A stretch of 64,000 nucleotides of DNA, taken from Candidatus Pacearchaeota archaeon. GTDB lineage: Archaea; Nanobdellota; Nanobdellia; Pacearchaeales; GW2011-AR1. Of the stretch, positions 48,633 to 57,833 are shown in pieces. The DNA lies in the NCBI GenBank assembly GCA_018303755.1, contig JAGVXO010000007.1, forward strand, positions 295 through 64,294, written 5' to 3'. The position numbers were made by a program, and so were the translations under genes. Numbering within the stretch: position 1 is the stretch's first letter; each line of letters starts with the position of its first letter. The notes beneath the pieces were generated by a model. That model ran no database searches and was not told the origin of the DNA. It was given only the letters and a program-made list of their open reading frames with translations.

Positions 48633-49451
48633 TTATTTCAGACGTCTTATTGCGTCTTCTAAGTTTTTCTCTTTCTTTTTCAGTTTTCTTGCTTCTGCGC
48701 CAGAAATATAAGGGCTTGCGAGAGCTGATTGAACTCGCTCTAATTCTTTGCTTAACTCTGCTTTATTAACAATATCATTCATATCATAGCCTGCCTTTAT
48801 AGCGCCAACAATTATTGCTTCTCTTATTGTTTTATCAAATGCCAGAGCAATTATTGAAATTGCTGCAACAGCTATGTAAATCCAGCCTAAATTAAATGGC
48901 TCTGCTTCTAATTCTGTCCAGCGCATTGCTGCTAAAAAGAAATAGATAACTCCGAATGCAGTCCAGCCGAATTTTCTTAGAACTGTGCTGTCCAAGCTTT
49001 CTATGAAAAAGAAGAATATAATTAAAGGAAGAAGTGAAGATAGTGCTATGCCTAAAACCCCGTAAGGGAGCCAGATAAATTGTATGAGCTCTTCTGCTGT
49101 GAGATAGCGCGCAGCCATTAAAGCAATGATTACAGAGAGAATTTTTCCAAGCTGAGGATTTTCATTTATTCCAGGAACTCTTTTAAGAGCAACAACACAA
49201 ATAGCTAAAATTAAAAGAAAAATAAGGAATTTTATAAATACAATATTCATATCCCCGCCTACATCTCCTAAGACAAAACTTATTGTCGGCTCAAGCTGGC
49301 GAAATCCTTCTTCAAGTGAAAAGCCGCCAAAATTTCTTCCAAAGAATTGTGCACTTGCAAAATTAATTTGAAACATTGAAACAAGGAAGATAAAAGATAA
49401 GATTAACAAAAGATAAATTTGACGAGCACCTCGTTGCGAATTGAATTTCAT
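48633..49451 (-). CDS. polytopic membrane protein with C-terminal coiled coil (paralog)
   Basis: KFLIFLLIL, FIWLPYGVLGIALSSLLPLIIFFFFIES. Confidence 0.75.
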   Translation of the reverse strand: MKFNSQRGARQIYLLLILSFIFLVSMFQINFASAQFFGRNFGGFSLEEGFRQLEPTISFVLGDVGGDMNIVFIKFLIFLLILAICVVALKRVPGINENPQLGKILSVIIALMAARYLTAEELIQFIWLPYGVLGIALSSLLPLIIFFFFIESLDSTVLRKFGWTAFGVIYFFLAAMRWTELEAEPFNLGWIYIAVAAISIIALAFDKTIREAIIVGAIKAGYDMNDIVNKAELSKELERVQSALASPYISGAEARKLKKKEKNLEDAIRRLK

Positions 49452-49535
49452 AACATATCAAACATAAAGGAATTTAAAAAGGTTGTTGTGAACCAAGTTT
49501 TTCATTAGAATAATCTTTTATTCAATTTTGTAGAT

Positions 49536-50399
49536 TTAATATAACTCTTTTATTCTTCTTTCAATATCTCTAATTCTTTTTTTTATTTTTGATGCTTCTT
49601 TATTATTTGGAGCATTTGCAAGGGCTGTTGATAATCTTTTGATTTCTTCTCTTAACTCTCCTCTTGCTGTAAGATTTGCAGCACCTCTAGTTGCTTCTGC
49701 TTGTGAGCCAATAATCATCTTTCTTACTGGACGATCTAAAAATACCGCTAAAATTGCTAATACTGCGGTTATAAGATATACCCACCCTAAATTTGCAAAT
49801 ACTGGATTCACTTCTAGTCCAAAAATGCCATTTTGTCCCGTTGCTAAATCTTTCCATCTTAACATTGCTAACATTATATATACCAATGTAAATAAAGACC
49901 AACCAACTTTTCTTACAAGGGAAGCATCAAAACTCTCAATAAAGTAGAAGAAGATTATGAAGGGGAGTATACAGATTAATGTAATTCCAAGAACTCCTGT
50001 TGGTAACCATATAAATTCTATTAAGTAACTTTCGGAAAGAAGTCTAATTGCAAGTATAGAAGTAATAATTGAAATAATCCATGTTACTCCTGAATTATCT
50101 CCGAGTGTTGGAACTTGTCTTACTGCATAATAAATAATTGCCAATAAAATTATAAAGAATAAGAATTTTACAAGCAAAAGTTCGCCTGTAGGCGTATCAC
50201 CGAGAAACCATTTTAATATCGGTTCTGTATTCATAGCTACACCATTAAGAAAAGTAGTAACTAAATTTGTGATTGCGCCAGGAGTATTTTTAACTCCTTG
50301 ATTTGAATTTTGCACATTTGTAGCAGCAAAAGCAAAAGACGAAGCTAATACAAGCATTAAGAAAAATCCGAAGATTGCCACACTCTTTTTTTTGCTCAT
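49536..50399 (-). CDS. polytopic membrane protein with C-terminal coiled coil (paralog)
   Basis: KFLFFIILL, FIWLPTGVLGITLICILPFIIFFYFIES. Confidence 0.75.
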   Translation of the reverse strand: MSKKKSVAIFGFFLMLVLASSFAFAATNVQNSNQGVKNTPGAITNLVTTFLNGVAMNTEPILKWFLGDTPTGELLLVKFLFFIILLAIIYYAVRQVPTLGDNSGVTWIISIITSILAIRLLSESYLIEFIWLPTGVLGITLICILPFIIFFYFIESFDASLVRKVGWSLFTLVYIMLAMLRWKDLATGQNGIFGLEVNPVFANLGWVYLITAVLAILAVFLDRPVRKMIIGSQAEATRGAANLTARGELREEIKRLSTALANAPNNKEASKIKKRIRDIERRIKELY

Positions 50400-50519
50400 G
50401 TTAATTCTATATCTTTATGCTTTATAAAGTTTTCTTTGTTTTTGGGCGTTTTTGGTTTTATCAATCAAAGATTTTCAAATGAATCAATGTACTTGCAAGT
50501 AGAGCGCAATATTTATTTT

Positions 50520-50911
50520 GCTAACATACCATAACTTTCCATTATTTTAAGTTTGTTCATTGGTGCTTTTTTTAATATCTCTCAGTTAAATCTCAGAAGA
50601 ACAAATGAATCAATTGGCGTAAGATTTGAGAAATAGATAAGTGAGTGAAGCGAACCAAAATAAAGCGAGCCCGAAGGGCGAGCGATTGCACGAGCTAAAA
50701 AAAGTTGATACAATGAGTGCAATCGTGAGCAGAGCACAATATTTATTTTATTAACATCCCATTCTTTTTACTTATTTTAAGTTTGTTCATGGGTGTTTTT
50801 TATTTAAGGCATGTAAATTTCAATCTGCTCATGGAAAAGGATTAGCAGAATAAAATAAGCGCGAAGCGCGAACCATTAATTGCACTTATGGCGAGCCCGC
50901 AGGCGAGCGAG
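50520..50911 (+). repeat. two tandem family A units with a module C hairpin
   Basis: units at ~50520 and ~50751; GCGAGCCCGAAGGGCGAGC; CGATTGCAC-GA...GA-GTGCAATCG. Confidence 0.88.
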
Positions 50912-50968
50912 TTTGCTTTTATTAGAAAAGTGCGAAATGTTTATAAATATCTTATTTGTAGGTAAGTT

Positions 50969-51784
50969 ATGAAAAAAGAGAACAGGAATATTTATGTTAA
51001 TCTCCTTATCATAGTTTTGTTAATTTCTATGTTTGTTTTGAGTGTGGAGATGGTGAGTGCAGAAACTATCCTTCAAAAATTTGTTTCTGATATTTCTTTT
51101 GGAAATATAAACCTAACATTTTTAGATGAGGGTTTAAAATTTGGTGAAAATATTTGGTTTGTCAGAGTTTTATTTTTTCTATTAGTTGCTTTAATTATTT
51201 ATGCAGTTTCTGATTTTATTCCAATTTTCGAGGAGCATAAATATGCTGGAGGGATTGTTTCGGTTATTATTGCTATACTTGCTACTTTTTATTTATCAAA
51301 TCAAGAAGTTTATACTATTCTTTTATCTTATAATGCTTTGGGAATTGCTTTAACCTCAATTATTCCATTTATGGTAATTTTAGCAATTTCCAAAAAATTT
51401 CATGATAAAGGGCATACCTCTTTTAGCAAAGTTATTTGGATTTTTTTCATCGGTTTTCTATTTTACAGGTGGGCATTTGCAGATTCTACCGAACTTGGAA
51501 TTTTTGGAATGTATGCATATCCTGTAATAATTGGCTTGTCTTTTATTTTATTCTTATGGGAGAATAGACTTTGGTTCCTTCTTTTTAAAACGGAATTAAG
51601 AGGATATGCAGATACAGCTAGAGAAAATGCTGTAGCAAGAATAACTGCCGATTTGGATAGACTTGTTAAAAGAATTGAAGATACAGATAATAATACCGTT
51701 AAGGAGAGATTAATTTCTCAACACGATAAAATGGCAGAAAAGGCTAGAGAACTTGGGGTTCGGTGGAAAAATTGGGGACATTAA
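50969..51784 (+). CDS. polytopic membrane protein with C-terminal coiled coil (paralog)
   Basis: RVLFFLLVALIIYAV, ILLSYNALGIALTSIIPF. Confidence 0.75.
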   Translation: MKKENRNIYVNLLIIVLLISMFVLSVEMVSAETILQKFVSDISFGNINLTFLDEGLKFGENIWFVRVLFFLLVALIIYAVSDFIPIFEEHKYAGGIVSVIIAILATFYLSNQEVYTILLSYNALGIALTSIIPFMVILAISKKFHDKGHTSFSKVIWIFFIGFLFYRWAFADSTELGIFGMYAYPVIIGLSFILFLWENRLWFLLFKTELRGYADTARENAVARITADLDRLVKRIEDTDNNTVKERLISQHDKMAEKARELGVRWKNWGH

Positions 51785-52170
51785 TGAATTCTTTTTTTTA
51801 ACAACCCTTAAACTCCTCCCTTATTAATCCAATTTTCGGCGTTTGGAAATCTAAACTCCACTCGTTCCTTTTTGTTCTCATCTTGTTTTTTGTTTTATTT
51901 TTGAAAGCCATGCTCCTATGCCTCGTGTCTCGTGCTGAGGCGCTTGCGCTTCGCTTAAAGGAACATTTATAACCATGTGTTAATATAATTTAACAGATGT
52001 TAAAAGAAATTAACAGGCTTGCTGTGTTTTTTGGGAATTGTTCTTTTTAATGGATGTATTGGCTTTGTCTAAAAGATTATATTCAGGATGTTTAATAGTT
52101 TATATTACCAATATACAATAGTTTATATTGAGAATAGAAAGCTTTAAAAATATGTGCTCTTATAATAATT

Positions 52171-53388
52171 ATGCTATCAAAAGAAATATTGAGCAATGTG
52201 ATTATTTCACAAAGAGAATTTTTGGATAGTTTAGAACAAGGGACTATAAGAGAAAAAAGCAGGGAAATAAATATAGAAGATTCTTTTGCATTGATAATTA
52301 CAGGAGTAAGAAGATGTGGAAAAAGCACCCTTCTTTATCAATTGCTGAAGAAACAAAAAAAAGGATATTATCTTAATTTAGAAGATCCCCGTTTAGGCGG
52401 ATTTGATTTTTCGGATTTTAATAAAGTTGAGATGATTATGAAAGAAATTTATGGCAATGGAGGAATTTATTTTTTTGATGAAATACAAGTTATTCCTGAA
52501 TGGGAGAGGTTTGTAAGATATTTAGTTGATAAAAAAGAGAAAGTTGTTTTAACCGGTTCTAATGCTTCTATACTCAGCAGAGAACTTGGAACAAAATTAA
52601 CTGGCAGGCATATCTCAATAGAGTTATTTCCATTTTCATTTAGAGAATTCCTTAATATTAAAAAACAGGAACCTTCAATTTATTCTTTTGAAGAATATCT
52701 GATTAAAGGAGGTTTCCCTGAATATCTCAAAAAAGAAAATCCTGAGATTCTTCATGAATTATTATCTGATGTTGTAATGAAAGATATTGCTGCGAGATTT
52801 AAAATAAAAAACACAGCAATTCTAAATAAGATAGTAATTTATTTAATAAGCAATATAGGAAAAGAATTTTCATATAATTCAATTAAGAAAATGTTTGAAA
52901 TTAAATCTATAAAAACAGTCATAGATTATATATCTTTTTTTGAGAATGCTTATCTTATTTTTACTATACCCAGATTTAGCTATTCATTCAAACAACAACA
53001 AGTAAATCCTAAAAAAGTTTACTCTATAGATAACGGCTTTTCTTTTAATAACTCCGCGTCATTTTCAAAGGATTATGGAAAAATGCTTGAAAATTTAGTA
53101 TTTTTGGATTTAAGGACAAAATATAAAGAAATTTTTTATTTTCAAGAAATGCAGGAATGTGACTTTATTATAAAAGAAAAAACAAAAGTCATAAAGGCAA
53201 TACAGGTATGCTTTGATTTTAATGAAGATAATAAAGATAGGGAAATAAACGGGCTAATAAAAGCAATGGAAAAATTTAATTTAAAAGAAGGAATAATTTT
53301 AACGAATAAGCAAGAAGATGAGTTTAAATTAAAAGATAAAACAATAAAGATTTTGCCTGTATGGAAATGGCTCCTGAAAAATAATTAA
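52171..53388 (+). CDS. AAA_14 + DUF4143 ATPase
   Basis: ITGVRRCGKSTL, FFDEIQ, TGSNAS, LTGRH, GGFPE, KKVYSIDNG, ECDF. Confidence 0.92.
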   Translation: MLSKEILSNVIISQREFLDSLEQGTIREKSREINIEDSFALIITGVRRCGKSTLLYQLLKKQKKGYYLNLEDPRLGGFDFSDFNKVEMIMKEIYGNGGIYFFDEIQVIPEWERFVRYLVDKKEKVVLTGSNASILSRELGTKLTGRHISIELFPFSFREFLNIKKQEPSIYSFEEYLIKGGFPEYLKKENPEILHELLSDVVMKDIAARFKIKNTAILNKIVIYLISNIGKEFSYNSIKKMFEIKSIKTVIDYISFFENAYLIFTIPRFSYSFKQQQVNPKKVYSIDNGFSFNNSASFSKDYGKMLENLVFLDLRTKYKEIFYFQEMQECDFIIKEKTKVIKAIQVCFDFNEDNKDREINGLIKAMEKFNLKEGIILTNKQEDEFKLKDKTIKILPVWKWLLKNN

Positions 53389-53407
53389 ATACAGAGATTA
53401 AGATACT

Positions 53408-53692
53408 ATGAAAAAACAAACAGAAGATAAGAATTATGAAATTAAATTTTGGAAGGATTGGCTTAATGCAAATTTATTAGAAAGGGAAAAACTTGTTGAA
53501 AAACTCCCGATAGTTAAAAATATCTGGGGAATGGTAAAACTGCCAGAAAAACCAAGAAAACAATGCTTTGTTTCGATGCTTAATGGTTTTTTTGAAGATC
53601 TTGAATCAGCAGTTTATACTAAAATTAGAATTGAAAATAAAAAAGTATTAAAAAACAAAGGTATTAGAAAGCAGGATAATAAAAGAGAGTAA
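53408..53692 (+). CDS. hypothetical protein
   Basis: 94 aa ORF co-oriented after the ATPase. Confidence 0.5.
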   Translation: MKKQTEDKNYEIKFWKDWLNANLLEREKLVEKLPIVKNIWGMVKLPEKPRKQCFVSMLNGFFEDLESAVYTKIRIENKKVLKNKGIRKQDNKRE

Positions 53693-53770
53693 AAATCATA
53701 ATATACCGAAAGAATTAAAAGATAATTTGATTAATTGTATTGTAATGGAGAGGTATTTCAAGGTGATAAA

Positions 53771-54457
53771 ATGAAAAAAAATTGGGCATTTATTTTATCT
53801 GTCGTGCTTTTTGCATTATTCTTTTCTTTTTCTGCAAGTGTGCAGGCATTAGAAGATATTAAAATTAATCCTGATGATCCGCTTGGCATAGGTATTAATT
53901 CTGATAATCTTAATTCTGGAGATCTTGTTGGAAGCGCAAGCGACAAATGGCAGTATCTTCAGCAGGAATGGACAAAGATTTTAATGCAGAATCCAGCAGT
54001 TGTTGGAATTGACACTTTTTTCAAGCAATTTAATATTGTATTTGTGATTTTATTTGCAGAGCAGTATGCTATGCTTTCTCCTGTTTTATGGCTTGTTGTT
54101 GTGCTTTGGATTTTGATTGCTGCAGGCACCAGTGATTTAATAAGAGGGCAATTTGGGATGGACTTTGTAATTTCATTTTTGCTTGGAGTTATCACAACAG
54201 TAATTTTTGCACAGATGAAAATTTTCCGCTTTTTTGCAGAGCTTATGCTGAAAGTTGCCTTTACACCAGAGTTATGGTATGTTCGCCTGATTGTATGGCT
54301 TATTATTTTTGCTGTTGTTTTTGCAATTTTTCAGGGTTTTAAGATTTTAAGCAAGCACCTTAAGGAATCACGGCTTGCAAAGGCTGAGAAAGAGACAGCA
54401 CACAGACAAAAAGAATTAAAAACATATACTGATGCAGCAAAAAAAGATAAAGCATAA
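53771..54457 (+). CDS. signal-peptide membrane protein with C-terminal helix
   Basis: AGGTGA SD, signal peptide, 3 TMs, charged tail. Confidence 0.7.
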   Translation: MKKNWAFILSVVLFALFFSFSASVQALEDIKINPDDPLGIGINSDNLNSGDLVGSASDKWQYLQQEWTKILMQNPAVVGIDTFFKQFNIVFVILFAEQYAMLSPVLWLVVVLWILIAAGTSDLIRGQFGMDFVISFLLGVITTVIFAQMKIFRFFAELMLKVAFTPELWYVRLIVWLIIFAVVFAIFQGFKILSKHLKESRLAKAEKETAHRQKELKTYTDAAKKDKA

Positions 54458-54605
54458 AATAGAATTTGAAGATGAAGAATTAAGCAAAGAAGAGATTAAA
54501 GAGATAAAAATAGGTTTAAAAAATATTGAAAAAGGAGAGGTTCAGTCAATAGAACAAGTTGCAAAAGATATGGGTATTTTGCTTAAAGAGAAAAAGATTA
54601 GGTAA
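54432..54605 (+). pseudogene. orphan antitoxin C-terminal fragment
   Basis: EDEELSKEEIKEIKIGLKNIEKGEVQSIEQVAKDMG resembles archaeal RelB-type antitoxin tails. Confidence 0.45.
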
Positions 54606-54615
54606 TTTTAAAAAA

Positions 54616-55254
54616 CTAAGGGATTCTTGTTTCTTTGATTATTCTTGCTTCTGCATTCATCTGTGCAACATCTCTCCCTTTCATTTCTGCTTCTGCAAGT
54701 CCTGTTTTATGTTCTATTAATCTTATGATTATTGATAGTCCGTATGCCAGAAGCGCAACTATTCCAAGCGCAACCACAACTGCCAATGCAGGCCATTTGC
54801 TTAGAATATTAAACATATTTGCAAGATTGAGAAAAAATGTTGATACTTCAAGTATTGCTCCGCTTACACCAACAAGCGCAGTAACTATAAATGCAATTGC
54901 ATATCTTTGCAAACCTTCATTTGCAAAAGGCATTGATTTTAATATCTCTGAAATAAGGACAGCAAGACAAATAAAAACTCCAATTATGATAATTAGCAGC
55001 TGAAGAGGAATTTCTCCTTGTATCCCAAATAAGATTCTTGCAGGAATTTGATATTTTTCAGGCACTTGTATTGAGCGGTCAAAGTTGAAATCAATTTTGC
55101 CTATTGTAGAACTTAGGTCTACGCCCCTTGTAATTGAGGTATTGTTTGTAAGAGAATTATTTGTTTCATTTTGCGCACTGGCTAAATTTAGAACACTCAA
55201 AAAACTTAAAAGTAATATTGATAGAAACAAAAGGGATTGGATTTGCCTGTTCAT
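54616..55254 (-). CDS. signal-peptide membrane protein with C-terminal helix
   Basis: same architecture as the 53771 gene; ARILFG / VILFA motif before the TMs. Confidence 0.7.
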   Translation of the reverse strand: MNRQIQSLLFLSILLLSFLSVLNLASAQNETNNSLTNNTSITRGVDLSSTIGKIDFNFDRSIQVPEKYQIPARILFGIQGEIPLQLLIIIIGVFICLAVLISEILKSMPFANEGLQRYAIAFIVTALVGVSGAILEVSTFFLNLANMFNILSKWPALAVVVALGIVALLAYGLSIIIRLIEHKTGLAEAEMKGRDVAQMNAEARIIKETRIP

Positions 55255-55308
55255 AGAATAAACAGCTTTTTTTTGTTTATATTTCTTTCTCTGCCTTGAT
55301 TTATATTG

Positions 55309-55592
55309 GCTCTGCTCGCGATTGCACTAATTGTATATTCTTCTTTGGCTTGTGTAATTGCTCGCCTGCTACTCGCGATTGCACTCATTATATCTCCTTC
55401 ATTAGCTCGTGCAATCGCTCGCCCTTCGGGCTCGCTATAAATGTACTTAATGGCTCGGCTTCGCCTCGCTTATTTTATTTTGCAAATCCCACTTCATGAG
55501 CACATTGATTATTGGGTGCTTTTAATTGATAATGTAAAAAAGAAAAGATAAATGAAAAGAGGTAAAATGCAGGAAAGGAATGGCATGTTTAA
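55309..55592 (-). repeat. family A repeat with two tandem module C hairpins
   Basis: minus strand TAAACATGCCATTCCTTTCC...GGATTTGCAAAATAAAATAAGCGAGGCGAAGCCGAGC...GCGAGCCCGAAGGGCGAGCGATTGCAC. Confidence 0.85.
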
Positions 55593-55599
55593 AAAATAA

Positions 55600-55872
55600 C
55601 TAAAAGCTAATTCTTCTGAAGTCAATTATTTCTGTTGAGCTTACATTTTCTATTGCCCTTAGCGCCTCTTCCAAAGGATCCTGATCTGAATTTTCGTCCC
55701 AGGCAAATGTGATTATAATGGAATTAAGCCCAAATGCAATCGGCTCTTTTTCTGTTTTTGCCACCTTGCCGTGATATTCCATTATTATTTTTACTGCAGA
55801 ACTCTCTATGGCTTCCAGGTCTGCGTCTGGAGAAGTGGGCATTATCCTTATTTTTACTGCTGCGTCTCCCAT
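55600..55872 (-). CDS. ef1b: translation elongation factor 1-beta
   Basis: KIRIMPTSPDADL, EPIAFGL, IENVSS.EIIDFRR. Confidence 0.92.
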   Translation of the reverse strand: MGDAAVKIRIMPTSPDADLEAIESSAVKIIMEYHGKVAKTEKEPIAFGLNSIIITFAWDENSDQDPLEEALRAIENVSSTEIIDFRRISF

Positions 55873-56165
55873 AGCTATTTGAGTTAAATTTGCTTTTTAA
55901 GGATTTTGGTTTAAACCGGCAACTTATCTTCTTGCAGAGTATCCTTAGTCAGTGCTTTTCTTTAGACTTCTTACACCTTTCTAATATTTTGGGTTTAATT
56001 GAAGTTTATCTAACTATCTATAATTGTATAAGTAAAAATAAATTCTAGATTTTTAAGTTTTTAATAAAACTCAGCTATCACAATACTTAAAAATGGCCGA
56101 TGTTTTTTTAAGGAGTTCTCTAAAAGAGCACGTTAAAAAAAGATTAAAATAAGGGGTAAAATAAA

Positions 56166-57101
56166 ATGCTTCAAAATTATCAGCAAATTGCGGAAAAGAT
56201 TTCAAGAGCATCAGGTTTATCTATAGATGAGATAGACAGGAGAGTTGAGGCAAAGTGCGCGAAACTTTCTGGATTGATTTCAAAAGAGGGAAGTGCGCAG
56301 ATTGTTGCATCTGAACTTGGAATTTCATTTGAAAAAGAAAAAATGAAGGTATCTGAGCTTGCAGCAGGAATGAAAAGAGTTAATATTTTGGGCAAAATAA
56401 TTACAGAGCCAATGATAAGGAGTTATTCTAAAAATGGGCGAGAGGGCAAGGTTGCATCTTTGACTGTTGCAGATGAGACAGGGAATATAAGGGTTGTTTT
56501 GTGGGATACAAATCACATAGGGCTGTTTGAATCAGGAAAAATAAAACAGGGCAATACTGTTGAAATATCAAATGCTGCGGTCAGAAATGATGAGCTGCAT
56601 TTATCCGGTTTTTCTTATATCAAGCCGAGCACAGAAAATATTGAAAATGTGAATACAGAAATAAGTGTGCATGAGAAAAAGATATCAGAACTTGCTTCTG
56701 GGCAGAATGCTGTTGTTCGGGCTTTTCTTGTCCAGATTTTTGAGCCGAGGTTTTTTGATGTCTGCCCAGAATGTGGAAAAAAAGCTGCGAATAATTTATG
56801 CGCTGTTCATGGGAATGTTATTTCAAGAAAAAGGGCGCTTGTGGGAGTTGTGCTTGATGACGGATATGAAAACATGAGGGGAGTGATGTTTAATGAGCAG
56901 ATAGAAAATTTAGGAATAACAAATGAAGAACTTGAAAATCCTGAGTTATTTTTCAAGAAAAGAGAGGCGCTTATTGGAGAAGAGGCGTTTTTTACAGTTA
57001 ATGTAAGAAATAACAACCTTTTTAATACAACAGAGCTTATTGTGAATAATATAGAGAGAATTGACATTGATAGATTGATTAACTCTCTGCAGACGAAGTA
57101 A
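56166..57101 (+). CDS. replication protein A-like OB-fold protein with Zn finger
   Basis: GKVASLTVADETGNIRVVLW; CPECGK...CAVHG; VLDDG. Confidence 0.85.
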   Translation: MLQNYQQIAEKISRASGLSIDEIDRRVEAKCAKLSGLISKEGSAQIVASELGISFEKEKMKVSELAAGMKRVNILGKIITEPMIRSYSKNGREGKVASLTVADETGNIRVVLWDTNHIGLFESGKIKQGNTVEISNAAVRNDELHLSGFSYIKPSTENIENVNTEISVHEKKISELASGQNAVVRAFLVQIFEPRFFDVCPECGKKAANNLCAVHGNVISRKRALVGVVLDDGYENMRGVMFNEQIENLGITNEELENPELFFKKREALIGEEAFFTVNVRNNNLFNTTELIVNNIERIDIDRLINSLQTK

Positions 57102-57116
57102 AGAGGTTGAAAGAAA

Positions 57117-57569
57117 ATGATGTTTAAAACTCATTTGGCAATTGGAATTTTTGCAATTATTTTGTTTTTACCAATCGTCAGCGATGTTTTTATTTTTGTG
57201 CCCATTGCCCTTGCAGCTTCTGTTCTTCCTGACATTGACACGAATTTTTCAAAAGTCGGGAAATCAAAGCCTGCCAAAGTTGTTCAGGTTTTTACAGAAC
57301 ACAGAGGTTTTTTACATAGCTTAACTATTTGCATTTTAATTTCTTTACTTCTTGCTGTCTTCCTCCCTGTTGCTGCTTTTGGTTTTTTTCTCGGATATTC
57401 GCTTCATTTAATATCAGACAGCTTTACTAAAATGGGCATAACTCCATTTTGGCCTTATTCAAAAAAAGCGCAGGGATTTATCAGCACAGGTGGAGTAACT
57501 GAAAAAACAATTTTTGTTATATTTGTGTTTATAGATATTATTGCTTTTGCAGTTTTGATGCTGAAGTAA
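57117..57569 (+). CDS. YdjM-like membrane metal-dependent hydrolase
   Basis: FKTH, LPDID, HRGFLHS, HLISDSFT..G....WP. Confidence 0.88.
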   Translation: MMFKTHLAIGIFAIILFLPIVSDVFIFVPIALAASVLPDIDTNFSKVGKSKPAKVVQVFTEHRGFLHSLTICILISLLLAVFLPVAAFGFFLGYSLHLISDSFTKMGITPFWPYSKKAQGFISTGGVTEKTIFVIFVFIDIIAFAVLMLK

Positions 57570-57582
57570 GTTATTTTGTAAT

Positions 57583-57751
57583 GGTGCGCTTCGCGCACTT
57601 ATCAAATATTCTGCAAATCTGCTAATCCGCGGATACATTGATTCTTTATATTTTTAAAAGGATATTTAATTAAAATATGGGATAATTAAAATTAAAATAA
57701 TAAAACTTCAATAAAAAGATGTTAAATAAGGGAAAAGAATGGGATGTTAGA
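57583..57751 (-). repeat. family A repeat
   Basis: minus strand CTAACATCCCATTCTTTTCCCTTATTTAACATC...CAATGTATCCGCGGATTAGCAGATTTGCAGAA...GTGCGCGAAGCGCAC. Confidence 0.85.
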
Positions 57752-57833
57752 GACATTTAAGTTTATCTTGCTATTTTTAACACTATCCTGCGACTGAAAT
57801 AATCTTTATAAATGCGCGTTGTGAAGGGTATTT

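Noticed and set aside
51798-51955. Possible further degenerate family A copy
   Set aside because: Only a weak left-block match and an opposite-strand GCGAAGCGC; not counted.
55880-56160. Possible tRNA/ncRNA or Zn-ribbon gene upstream of EF-1beta
   Set aside because: No cloverleaf or T-loop motif and no intact ORF that I could support.
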